DNA of 62,336 nt, filler included, from Diploschistes diacapsis (lineage: Eukaryota), in NCBI GenBank assembly GCA_023645945.1. It is 11 parts of 11 records of this genome, joined end to end, with 100 filler letters (N's around TTAATTAATTAA, not from the genome) between each part and the next. Parts side by side here need not be neighbours in the genome. Positions count along the whole stretch, not along the records: positions 48,075 to 51,570 come from JALAIB010001898.1; positions 51,671 to 55,165 come from JALAIB010001899.1; positions 55,266 to 58,751 come from JALAIB010001900.1; positions 58,852 to 62,336 come from JALAIB010001901.1; 7 more parts are not named here. One strand, given 5' to 3'. Position 1 is the first letter of the stretch; the number at the start of each line of letters is the position of its first letter. The notes under the pieces were generated by a model. That model saw only the letters and a list, made by a program, of their open reading frames with translations. It did not search any database and was not told the origin of the DNA. Below are positions 51,040 to 62,336 of the stretch, piece after piece. Made by a program: the position numbers and the translations under genes.

Positions 51040-51570
51040 AGTACTTACTGCACCATACAAATTTGTATGGAGCATCAGGTACTTCGGAAACCTTATCTTG
51101 TTTATTTATTTTTTTATTACTTACTTTAATTTTTTCTTCCATTTTCTTTCTTTTACTAACATACTTAATAAATATACGATATCTGGCTTATTTATATCCC
51201 CGCCCGCGACTTTCGACGTCGTTATCGACGTCAACGATCCCGACGACGTCTAAATCTTCGATTTATTTTCGGACGAACTCGCCCGCTTCGATAACGTCTT
51301 TCTTACGTCCGCCGCGCTCGACTTCCTTACGCCCGCCGTGCCCGACCCCGATCGCGCCCCTTCGCCGTCGTTAGCACCTTTATCCCCGATTAGAAGGCTT
51401 TACAGCTTCTTTTCGAACTTTTTTAAAAAAAGAACGCGTTTATTCGCCGTCGTAAACGTTTTTAAAATATTTACGACGGAATTCAACGCGTTTTAACCGT
51501 ATATAAATAATTTTTGATTTTTATAATAAAAAACTAAAAACGTTACGTTTTATCGATATTAATAATAACG
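51040..51570. mobile_element. RIP-degraded repeat relic bounded by a hairpin
   Basis: Palindrome CCATACAAATTTGTATGG (51053-51070) at the edge of AT-rich, CpG-retaining DNA that runs to the contig end. Confidence 0.5.
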
Positions 51571-51670
51571 NNNNNNNNNNNNNNNNNNNNNNNNNNNNNN
51601 NNNNNNNNNNNNNNTTAATTAATTAANNNNNNNNNNNNNNNNNNNNNNNNNNNNNNNNNNNNNNNNNNNN

Positions 51671-54600
51671 GAGGGGGCGTGAGGAGGTGTATGTTCTCCT
51701 TTTCCGGTGCTTGGCTTTGTCTTTTGGGGGCGATTGCCTTGCAAAGGACTAACGGCTAGGATGAGGTGTAGATCGCGAGGGCGGCGAGTACGCGTTGACC
51801 AGGGCTGCGGCGTGGCGCTTTCGCTGGGAGATTTTCGCGGCGTATTTCCCGCGGCTGTGCCTGATCGGGTTCAGCTAGGCGCAGCCGTTCCTGATCGCGG
51901 AGGGGGTGGGCTACGTTGGCTTGCCGGCTGGGGAGACGAACTGGAATTATCGGTACGGGCTCCTTGACGCCACGGCGCTGGTTTATGCTAGGATTGCGGT
52001 GAGCTGTTCACGATATCGACTACTGTGTAGCGCTTGGGTTTGGGCTAAGAGTGAAATGGGAAGTTCTCGAGCGTGCAGTCCCAGCATAAGGTCTTCCGGG
52101 CAGTGACTATGCTCCGCGGGGCCATGGTGTCCCTCATCTACGGGAGGGCTCTCAAGCTCAAGTCCGGAGTATACGACGAGTCGGCGGCACTTACGCTGAT
52201 GTCAAAGGACTTGGACCGTATTGCTAGTACGGTGGAGGGCGTTTTCCAGATCTGGGCCCCAGTTATGGAGGTAGGGTTGGGGATCTGGCTGCTTGAGAGG
52301 CAGTTGGGGTGGGTTTGCGTGGCCCCTCGTGCCGTCGTTCTGAGTATGTTCCCTGTGACGGCGCGTGGAACGCGGGAAGCTGATGTGTTGTAGTCAGCTT
52401 CTATGGCGTAGTGTGAATCAGCAAGATTGTCAGTTCGGCGCAGAATGCATGGGGTGGGCGCCATCCAGCGGCGCCAGGCCATGACTCCTTCGGTACTGGG
52501 CTCGATGAAAAGTGTTCGCATGCTCGATCTTTCGGGGGTTCTCTCCGAGAGTCTGCAGAGCCGGCGTATCCGCGAGTTAGGCCTGTCGGCGAGATTTCGT
52601 AGGACCGCGATTTGGCGGAATGTTATCTGTAAGTCTAGGACCCCTCCAACCTCACCTCTCTCTGAAACGGAAGGGGCTGACTAGGCAGCACAATCCATAT
52701 CTTCCGTGGGACGCCTCGCTGCGTCTGTGATCTTCGTTATCCAAAGCGCCGTGAGGGGCATGGGAGGGCTCAATGTAGTACAGGCTTTCACGTCGGTGGC
52801 GATCATATCGCTGATGACAGCACCCGCGGCGGAGTTACTGCAATCGATTCCGTCGTTGGGAATGGCCAAAGGATGCTTCGATCGAACCCAAATGTTTTCA
52901 ATCGCAGAATCGTGGGAGGATGCGAGGCGTGCGATAGAACTTGCGGACGGCCACGAGACTGAGTCCTTGGAGCCTGCTTCGGATGTCTGTGTAGCACCCA
53001 AGCACAGGCAATCTACCAATGCCATCCTCGTTCGTGAAGCTAGTGTTAAGCCGACTGCCGAAGCGGCTCCGATTGTCCGAGAAGCCACTTTCGCAATCAA
53101 AAGAGGCTCGTTCACCATGCTCATTCGCCTGTTAGTTCCGGAAAGTCTACCCTGCTGAAAGCCATCCTGAGAGAGCTTCCCTGCAGCAGCGGCTCCATTG
53201 CCGTACACCGCCGCCGAATAGCTACTGCTCGCAAACCGTGTGCTACCCAACGAGAGCATCCACGTGATCGTCACTGGCTGCTCTAAGATCAAAGAGATGG
53301 ACTAGCAGTGGTACGAGAGTACTTCGTGCCTGCGCGCTCGAGGAGGATATAGCGCAACTAACGGATGGTCATGATACGGTTATTGGGAGCAAGAGGTTGA
53401 AGTTGAGCGGTGGGCAGAAACAGCGACTCGTGAGTATGCTGACTTGGTTAAGGCTTTGGGAAGGGCAGTCTATGCACGGGAAGAGACTGTTATTTTAGAC
53501 GATACCTTCAGCGCCCTGGACTCCGCAACAAAAGAGACGATTATAGAGAGGCTGCTGAGGGGGACTGGGCTTTTCAAGCAATTGCAGACGACGGTAGTAT
53601 TTGCTGGCCATGCTTGTAAGAATAGTTTCGAGCTTCACGCTTTACCTCAAACTCTCTAATTTTTACTAGGGCGTCCTATATGCCTAGCGGACAGGATCAT
53701 TGTGTTCGGCTCGACAGGTTTTATTCAGGCTGAAGGCACCTACGATACTCTAATCAAGGCTGACGCCTTGAGTCCCAGCCCATTCAAGTCTTCCACGAGA
53801 CCGGAGGTTAAAGAGTCTGGAATTGCTTCTGAGCATAAGAAGCCTTTACCGAAAGCAGTCACAGGCCCTACCGCCAGCGACATTCACGAACTCAACCGAT
53901 GAACTAGCGACCTTTCTCTGTAAAAATACTATGCTGTTTCCCTCGGTTGGAAGATTTCCGTCGGGCTGCTGGTGACTGTAATATATAACGTAGTCGCTCA
54001 AGCCTCTCCGCGTAAGCCACGACCAAGCAACATCCAACAACTCCTTTATCCGGGGCTCACTGACCGTACGTAGAAATCTGGCTGAAGTTCTACGCCCAAG
54101 GCGCCGACATTGGGCCCGCCACCTTCTCCATCGCCTGCGCCGTCTTCGTCTTCACCGGGCTCGCAACCCTAGCAGCTTCCATATGGCAAGTCACATCTGC
54201 ACCCCTCGCATTCTCTTCGTAAGCGCCTAACTCGTGCACGAGGTTATGTACGAGCAAGGTATCCCTCGCTCAGGCCCATACCTCCACTCCACCCTTCTCC
54301 ATATCGTCCTCTACGCTCCGTAATCCTTCACCGATAAGCTCGACCGCGGCGTGACGCTGAACCGCTTCAGCCAAGACATGACGGTTGTCGACGGGCAGCT
54401 TCCAGTCGGTGTTATTATTACCCTTCAGGGTGCGGATCCCCCTTCCCTTCCCCAGAATCCCTTAGCCATAGCAATCAAAGCTAACCCTTCCCCTTCAGCC
54501 TTCTTCAACAGCGTAGTTATCATTTCCTTCGTCGCCATCGGCTCCTGATACATGGGCCTGACCATCCGCTCCTAGCCCTAGCCCTCTACCTCCTGCAAAA

Positions 54601-55165
54601 AACATACCTCCGCACCTCCCGCCACCAACTGCGTTTCCTCGAGCTGGAACCCAAGTTCCCCCCTCTACACGCACTTCCTCGAAACACTCGAAGGCCTCTC
54701 AACAAATCCGCCCGCTAGGCCTCCAGCCTCGCTTCCAAGCCACCGCCCTCGCGCGGAGCCAGCGGCCCTACTATCTGCTCTGCTGCGTCCAACGATGGCT
54801 CAACCTTGCGCTGGCGCTCAACATCCGCAGCAGCACGACGACGGACGGAGGCTCGCTCGGCGTCGCGGTCAGCGGCATCCTGGGTCTCGACACGGACCTG
54901 CAGTACCTCATGAGCTTCTGGACGCAGCTCGGGACCTCGCTCGGCGCCATCTCGCGCGCACTCGCAGCTTCGAGCACAACGCCAATCCCCGAGGACAGGC
55001 CCGGGGTGGAGACGCTCGTGCCGCCACCCGACCGGCCCAGCAGGGGCGCCATCGAGTTCCACAACGTCTGTGCCCTCCTACGACGCCTCAGACACAAGGA
55101 CCGCCTGATGCAGACACAACCCCACCTCAACCCCGTGCCTCGCCCTCCACCCAACAACCCTCTCC
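51671..55165 (+). pseudogene. ABCC (MRP-like) ABC transporter pseudogene, partial
   Basis: SGKSTLLKAIL (Walker A, frameshifted), LSGGQKQRL, ILDDTFSALD, LNRFSQDM..VD and YLRTSR.QLR.LELE...PLYTHFLETLEGL. Numerous stops and frameshifts. Confidence 0.9.
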
Positions 55166-55303
55166 NNNNNNNNNNNNNNNNNNNNNNNNNNNNNNNNNNN
55201 NNNNNNNNNTTAATTAATTAANNNNNNNNNNNNNNNNNNNNNNNNNNNNNNNNNNNNNNNNNNNNCTCCACCACCCTCCACTGACCCCTCTCTCCACTTA
55301 CAG

Positions 55304-55781
55304 CACGTCTCCTCCCAAACCCCCGACGCCGAGCCCGGCTCAGAAAAGAACTTCCTCGTCGTCGACTCCAAGACCGAAACGCCCACCATCGAGAAAGCCT
55401 TCGATCGCTTCACGCAGACGCGCAAGGATATTGCCATCTTACTCATCAACCAGCACGTACGTCTCTTCTTTAGCCCACTTCAGCCGCCCAATTTCTTGGC
55501 CCGGCGCATCCTCTTACCCTTCACCGAAGTGGAAAGAGGATAGTGGCGGCCCTGGGCCGGCGGTGGCCACTCGTCACCTTTCCTAGCGTTCTCTCGATTG
55601 ATCTAGGCTGACACAAAACGTTTTTGGCGTACGGGTGTAGATCGCGGATAAGATCAGGCACAGAGTCGACACATATACGGCTGCGTTTCCGGCGCTGTTG
55701 GAGATACCGAGCAAGGACCACCCGTACGATCCGGAGAAGGACAGCGTGCTGCGGAGGGTGAGGAGGTTATTCGGGGAGTAG
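55304..55781 (+). CDS. VMA7: V-ATPase subunit F, 3' exons
   Basis: [64 protein letters not shown]; intron 55457-55640. Confidence 0.95.
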
Positions 55782-56345
55782 ACTGGCGGACTGGTGGGCA
55801 GTTTGACGAGGAGAGTAGGTGGAGTAGGGGGGCTGGGCTGGCTTCGAGGGAAAGGAAACTGAGGGATTATGGGACTGGAGTGCCAGATGAGTGCTTGTTG
55901 TGAACCGATTTGCATTGGAGGTGTTTTTGGAATCCAGGAAAGATGTTGGTGCTTACCGACGCGGGCTTGAGGAAGGCTATAAGAAGTAAGAGGTGTTGGG
56001 CTGATGAACGTTCTTGGGAGATTGTGGCTTGTTGCGAGCTTCGAGTCTCTATTATAGGGAGGCTCTGAAAGAGGGAGTTCCTGGTTGTTACTGCAACAGA
56101 TGCTGCAACAGGGAAAGGTCCGCTTCACACTCTACGGAATTGGCGAGCCCATCTCGACGTACTCGAGACCTTACCGGGACTTTCACAGCTGCATATACCT
56201 AATCAAGAAAGTATCGATATACTCATGGCAATTCAACTATGCACAAACCATGCGCCCTTGCTCTCGGATGAACGATCTCATCTTTGCCAACAACAAGAAT
56301 ATTATACTATTCGCCGTCTATCTCTCGCTCCTGATTGTTGACCGC

Positions 56346-57094
56346 TCATAAATCAGACTTCCTTTTAAAGCTCACGGTAGCCTGCAGACAGGTGATCTTC
56401 TTATCATCCTTGGTATAAACGTCGCCCTCAACGCTAAAGGTTCCCTAAACCCATGATTAGCACTGCAGCCATTGAGCAGCGGCAGAGGGAAAAAACCCAC
56501 GGGGGGGATCTGCTGCGGCAAGTCAATATCGCGAGTGATGATCGTCTCTCCCTTCTCGAGCGGGCACTCCTTGTCGATGTTCTTCATCTGCTGGCACAGG
56601 TCTTCGCGGCGGTGGATCAGGCGGATGGAGCCGAACTTGACGCTCAACATGGCGTAGGCGCCCTCCTCGATCTCCTGGGTGAAGTTGCCGGTTGCTTTGA
56701 TGCTGAGGGTCTTGCCACTGTAGAATTTGGGGGTTAGCGACAACCAGATATTGGAGCAGGCTGGTGAAGGGACTCGTTGTGTGCAGCAGTGTGTGTTTGG
56801 GCAGACAAGGAGCGAATATTCGACATGCTGAATTGAGAACGGGGCAGTGTATCACAGTTTTCAGAGAATTAGATATTGAACTTACGCCTCCGGTGGGTTG
56901 GGTTCCAGGTCGACATTCGTGATCTTCAGGATATGATTGCCCTCCGATGGGTCTTCGCAGTAATTCAGCGGGTTGTCGCCCGGCACCGACAGGTCATTGC
57001 TATCCTCCACGATAGCCTTTTGGCTGCTGCCGAAGAAGTCGGCCGACGCTATCGAGGAAAGCAAGAGGAGAGCGAGGGTGGAGAAAGCCTTCAT
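56346..57094 (-). CDS. NPC2: Phosphatidylglycerol/phosphatidylinositol transfer protein (ML domain)
   Basis: Signal peptide, VPGDNPLNYC, VDLEPNPP, DLC..CPLEKG, IPPG and ITCLQATV; two introns. Confidence 0.93.
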
Positions 57095-57867
57095 GACGAT
57101 GCAAGTCTTTTCTTAATCAACAGCGTCGGCTTATTGAAACTGCTAACGGAACCGTGGTTTCAGCAGCCGGAATACAAGAAGCTCGCAGAGAAATATGCTT
57201 CCAAGAATGAAGGAGCAGTGGGTAAAAGGCGAATTGATGGCGACTCTTGGGAAGAGGATCCAAATCAAGACTGATGTCGACGAAAAGGGCTGTGTTGTAT
57301 GGTAGCGTGGGAAAGGAAGGATGAATCAAGGCGACAGGGATCTGTTAGACGTCACTTGACCGGGTGCCTATGGATAGCCGCCAAGCTTTTTATCCTTTTC
57401 CTTCTCCAAGGACTATGCACACCAGACACCTTTTTCCACCTGCCAGCACTGCATCATGGTCGCTCTAAGATGATTCGTATTTAAGGTCATTAGTGCAACC
57501 TGGATCAGGTTGATTGGCTTTTGGTCACAGCTTAAGAACACACAGCACGCTCAAGTTGCGGAGTTAGTACTGGTTCTGGTCTACTCCAATCGACAGGCCA
57601 TCACAAGTCAAGATTCACCATGTTACTATGATCAGGGTTCTTTGCAGATAATGCCGAGATGTTAAGTTTATCATCACAGACTATGTACCCTGCGATCCGT
57701 TGTAATAGGCATTTATGTCTTCAATTTCCCAATAGTGAATGTCACTGCCTCAATAAACCACACATATTGCCTCCATGGATCCAATATCATTCTCGATTCC
57801 CTCTCTCTATATACTTGTGCCTGAGCATGAAATCCTCTCGAAGGCGATAGCGAGGGTGAATATTGGT

Positions 57868-57995
57868 CTAGTGCTGAAAGGTGTCAAAAAACGCTCGATA
57901 GAACATCAAGCTATTGTACTTACACCGCAGGAAGAGCAGCCGCAGCTCTGACAGTCGGTTTCGCACTTGCAAGAAGAGCACGAACAGGGAGACAT
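57868..57995 (-). CDS. 25-aa copper-thionein-like metallothionein
   Basis: Exon 57995-57924, intron 57923-57874 (GTAAGT...TTTCAG) and exon CAC TAG give MSPCSCSSCKCETDCQSCGCSSCGH*. Eight Cys, CACCATG context, TATA-like ATATAAA on the minus strand at about 58171-58177. Confidence 0.85.
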
Positions 57996-58851
57996 GGTGA
58001 AGATTGGTAGCTTGAAGATGAGGATGCTTTTGAGTATATCAGCTTGGATATGTTGCAACTGTAGGCAGTTTAACTAACTTGGCAGATGCTTACACTTGGG
58101 TTGACCGAGAAGAGTTGGGTTCTTGTTAAGTTGAGACTTGGATTGTGGAATGGAAGGGTAGCTCCCCGAGTTTATATATCCCTTCCCATATGGCAGAGGG
58201 TCATGGGGTCACACCAAAGGCGTCAAATCCCAAGCCTCTTGTCAGCGCTATAAGCATAGAGCGTGGGACGTCCAGTTCCTCCTCAAACCTCAAATATTGG
58301 GATCAACAGTTACGGCCCCCACACCACTGCAGTTCGAAAAGCGGAGATGTCTGGCACAGCAAGGCCAACAAGTATAAGGAAAGTTCTGGCTCAGTCCATT
58401 AGTTAGCACTTCCGCTTTTAAAAACTGGGCAATAATCAACTTCGTACTTGTAAGAGGAGGCTAGAGCGTGCTGCTGCGACACCTGATTGTTTAGCGTGAT
58501 GACATTTAAAAAGCCAATCGGCATTTCCCATTTCCCCCTCTTCCCCTCCCCTCTTCCCAACTTGTAAGGCCTGCGGGGTTACACATCTGCCTCGGCTGCC
58601 ACAGCCACGCACCTACATATAGTGTAATAGGGAAACAGTGCTTTCGGGGTTCCTGAAAGCATTGTGGTTAGTCTTTTGGCTCAATGGGATAGTGCTACCT
58701 ATTAGGTGCTACCCCCGTTGTTACACAACTCTCCCACTTCTCCCCCACTTCNNNNNNNNNNNNNNNNNNNNNNNNNNNNNNNNNNNNNNNNNNNNTTAAT
58801 TAATTAANNNNNNNNNNNNNNNNNNNNNNNNNNNNNNNNNNNNNNNNNNNN

Positions 58852-59317
58852 CGGCATGTGCGGGGGAGGAGGGGGCAGGAGCCAGGGCGTCGAAGACGGC
58901 GAAAGCGAGGCGGGGACCATCGGGCAGGCTGGCCGAGGCGCCGACGCATCGCTCGCGCGCGATGGCGAGCATCTTGGCCGACGCGTCGAGCCCGGTCACG
59001 CGGCTCCCGCGACCGAGGAGCGCGAGCAGCGCCAGCGTGTTGCGCCCCGTGCCGCAGCCTAGATCTATCACGTGCGGATGGTCGCTGGAGTCCGTGGGCT
59101 GGGCGCTGCTGCCTGGGGGCTTGTGCTCGCCGTGGACGAGGTCGACGAAGCGCGGCAGGAGGCGCCGCAGCTGCAGGTCGTCGAGCGCTTGGAGGGGGTT
59201 GGAGTCGGTGTCGTAGGTTGCGGCCCAGCGGTCGTAGGCGGCCGTGGTGGGGAGGTAGAGTGCGTTGTTGGTTTGGGGAATGGGACGCGAGGGGTGGACG
59301 GGTGGCGAGGGGGACAT
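58852..59317 (-). CDS. Class I SAM-dependent methyltransferase, 5' part
   Basis: AYDRWAATYD, motif I VIDLGCGTGRN and VTGLDASAKMLAIA; cut by the linker. Confidence 0.88.
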
Positions 59318-59938
59318 TGCTTCGGACGATGAGCTTGACGCGAATGCGGTTTGGTTCGTTTCCTATCGATGGAACCAAGAGATCTCAACTTTGGACTTGT
59401 CATGGACGCGGATGTGCTTGTATATGTGGTGTGAAGCTTTCTGAGTCATAGCAGCGGGGATCGTTGCTAATGCCATATTGGGAGTCGACTATACTAAGAG
59501 TTGACTCTGAGATGCGTTTCTCTAGCGAAGACGTTCCGAGCCTTTACTTAAGTGTGACTCTCCAGAACCTGGGAGTCTTTATACCATGGTACCAGAGTAC
59601 TCCCGGAATGCATTGGTACAAGCTCTATAACGCTTGCCGCGCAAAGTATATACAGCACTGCTCCCAAAACTTATCTCGCCATACTGAGTCAAAGGAAAGG
59701 CAGTGGGGGGGTTTAATGAGTATGGCATGAAGAGAAGACATATAGGACTCTGAACGCAGTTTCAAAGAAAGAGAATCGTAAATCAATGCTCTCCCCTCCA
59801 TATGAGCCACACACACACAGCATGCCAGATGGTAGGGCTGGCTGTGTTGTCAACACAGATTAAGCGGAAGATCAGTCAGGCACGTGCTCCAAGGAGAAAA
59901 AAGAAAAAGTTCAAGCAGAAACACGACATGATTGGCCG

Positions 59939-60819
59939 GATAAGCATCGTACGCAAGAGGACTAGCGCATAGATAACAGTTCTCCAACCCTGAACTTCCA
60001 ACTCTTCAACTCTTCAAACTCTTCAACTCAACTCGCTGCATCTTCCAATCCTGCGCTCTCAGCGTTTCCCATTACGCAATAGTATCGAGGTCGAGGTGGA
60101 TGCCATGGGAGACTAGAAGAAACACGGCTTGTATCGGTTAAAATCTCGGGTTGTGACACGATAAGAGGTACGTGCGTTGCTTTCTTGAGGACAGCATGTC
60201 GACGGCAGGTAACACACTAGTATATGCAGGAGCCGGAGCCGAGCCACAAACTCGTGTGCGTGTGAGGGTGTGCAGAGCAATCCAGCTCTATAGGCAGACC
60301 GTTACGCCGAGGAGTTGTGATGGCTGCTCTGTGCGCATCGAGCCTACAGATGGGGTTTTCACCGGGAAGGCGGGCCCGCCAGTAATGGCTGTATGAAAGA
60401 GAAGCAACGCAACTGGGTAGACAGCGAGCTGACCGAGGCTTATCTGCGAATTTAAAGATCGGGGTATCGACAAGAGCTGTGTTTGCTTTGGGAGATGATA
60501 TCACGTCTAGAATCAATCTACAAGAGGCGTTCACCCCGCAAAATAAGCACGTGAACTTGAAGCACTTAGAGTTTCTACTATCTTCCCACAAGAGGGAGCA
60601 TCCAGCCAAGATACGACTTTGACTAGAGCAAGAGGCAGGTCGAGATGCTTGTTGCTGAACATTAGCCTGCCAAGTCTGATAGTTTCCCAAGTGGCTGAGG
60701 AGCAGAGTCGCATCGGATACAAGGTATAGTTAGGCCTTCTTGAAGCCTGAATCGTAAATCGTAAATAAAAGGCAGATACGCTCGCACTAGAGTCAAGCTA
60801 TTAAGTCATGCTTTATAAA
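59939..60819 (+). promoter_or_regulatory. Putative GLN1 promoter: GATAA sites and TATA box
   Basis: GATAAG at 59939 and 60160, AGATAA at 59971, TTATCT at about 60440, TATAAA at 60814. Consistent with AreA/NIT2-type nitrogen control, but such short motifs occur by chance. Confidence 0.35.
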
Positions 60820-61030
60820 TACACACCCTCCAAGACCAGCATCTTGGCCCCCCACGCGGTGTAAGGTACAAAAGCTTCCTCAGCCGCCCGCAATTCAACT
60901 TCCTTTGTCCCCCTGTAACTCTACACTCAACTTCACTTTCCAACCTCTTCTACTCGAATCTCCAAAGGTAAACTTCTTCTACAGCTTCCAGTCGCCAAAT
61001 CAAATCTCAAATCTCAGCAACTCGGCTATC

Positions 61031-62308
61031 ATGGTAAGGGCGCTGTCGCGCACCAGCTCTCCCTTCTCTGACGACCTGCTGCAGGAGTCTAAGATCGTCT
61101 CCAAAACCGACAACGTTCGTTTCAAGCCAATCAGCCACCACTCTGGCAGGCTGTAATGACTTTTTTCAGGTTATGAAGTACATGCGGTTGGACCAGAAGG
61201 GGTCAATCATGGCAGAGTACGTCTGGATTGACGGCCACAACGGTCTGCGGTCCAAGACAAAGGTCAGTGGAATTCTCTATAGACTCTGCCTATTGGACCG
61301 GCCACCATAGAATATCAAGCAGAAGAACAGCAGTCAAGGCGTACGAGAAGCCCAGGTACCTACTCAAAGCATACTTTCTCCGCCTCCACGGAGGTTTACG
61401 CACGGCAATGGAAGGCCCGCCCCAACAAAACAACGCAACACGAATACGGGTTTCACCGAAACTAGCTGGGGCCTCTGCTGCATGCTCAAGCTCGCCTGCA
61501 GCTAGCTGAGTTCGAGTTCTTTCCAAAGCAAACCACCAGGGAAGAAGAGGGATACAGCATGTATGAGGCTTTTCTCGGGCTTGCGAACTCAGGCACCGCT
61601 CAGTGGCTCCTTGGAGATAGCCGCTGCACAGCACAATGACGCATCTGAAAGCCGACTGTGGCCCCCGCTAATTTAGGCGATCGGCAAGCGGCATCCAGCG
61701 GAGGATGCTTGGCAGAGTACAGACCGGTATCTTCCGTCACGCGACAGGGCACCTATTGGACAAGATTTGAATCGAACAGAAACTAATACATACAATCCTT
61801 TAGACCATCACCAAGGAGATAAAGTCCGTCGAGGAGCTCCCAGAGTGGAATTTCGACGGCTCCTCCACCGCCCAAGCCCCCGGCGACAACTCCGATGTCT
61901 ACATCCGCCCCGTCGCCATGTTCCCAGATCCGATTCGCCTATCGCCAAACGTCATTGTCATGTGCGAGACCTGGGATCCGGATGGAAGCCCCAACAAGTT
62001 CAACTACCGCCACGAGGCCGCCCGGCTGATGGAGGCCAACAAAGAGCACCACTTCTGGTTCGGGCTCGAGCAGGAATACACACTACTCGACCATAGCGGA
62101 TGGCCGTACGGTTGGCCCCAGGGCGGATTCCCTGGGCCGCAGGGGCCGTATTACTGCGGCGTCGGCACGGGCAAGGTGTACTGCCGTGACATTGTCGAGG
62201 CGCACTACAAGGCTTGCCTTTATGCCGGCATCAATATTGCGGGCATCAACGCCGAAGTCATGCCGGCACAGTGGGAGTACCAGGTCGGCCCCTGCGAGGG
62301 CATTGAAC
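61031..62308 (+). CDS. GLN1: Glutamine synthetase (type II), 5' part
   Basis: Exons 61031-61033 (ATG only), 61085-61114, 61170-61262 and 61804-62308. [43 protein letters not shown] and [15 protein letters not shown]. Confidence 0.97.
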
Positions 62309-62336
62309 GTGAGTTCCTATCGGCTTTCTTATTGCC

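Noticed and set aside
31344..57995. The two Cys-rich microproteins as one metal-resistance locus
   Set aside because: They lie on different, size-sorted contigs, so their co-occurrence in the window is accidental.
58059..58093. 5'-UTR intron of the metallothionein gene (GTAAGC...TACAG on the minus strand)
   Set aside because: Only 35 nt and no canonical branch site; cannot be supported without transcripts.
26152..58851. Regularly spaced identical TTAATTAATTAA motif (CRISPR-like or periodic array)
   Set aside because: It is embedded in N runs of fixed length: a synthetic six-frame-stop linker, not biology.

Overview
Eukaryotic DNA from a filamentous ascomycete (Pezizomycotina): GT-AG introns with CTRAY branch sites, fungal housekeeping genes and RIP-like AT-rich repeat relics. 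The window is not one locus. Ten artificial 100-bp linkers (N44-TTAATTAATTAA-N44) join 11 contigs, and contigs 2-11 are sorted by decreasing length (3558 to 3485 bp), so adjacency across linkers is meaningless. Contig 1 (1-26151) carries a decayed secondary-metabolism-type cluster (PTH11/SAT4-like membrane protein, SDR, Sulfotransfer_4-like protein, P450, MFS pump; all five with lesions), an integrase-type transposon relic, a GH74 xyloglucanase pseudogene, an intact block (RPT6, VNX1-like, COX16, a hypothetical gene, SIP5) and a Fot1/pogo end. The short contigs hold a CE1 esterase-CBM1 pseudogene, an MBOAT acyltransferase, RIT1, a Zn2Cys6-hexapeptide acetyltransferase fusion, amidohydrolase and ABCC pseudogenes, VMA7, NPC2, a methyltransferase and GLN1. 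They also hold two spliced Cys-rich microproteins missing from the ORF track: a 25-aa metallothionein and a 74-aa LRGG/Cys-tail protein. I found no clearly new multi-gene system. The best leads are the Zn2Cys6 fusion that lacks the catalytic His, the two microproteins, and the selective decay of accessory genes. All family calls come from motif recognition by eye, not from database searches.
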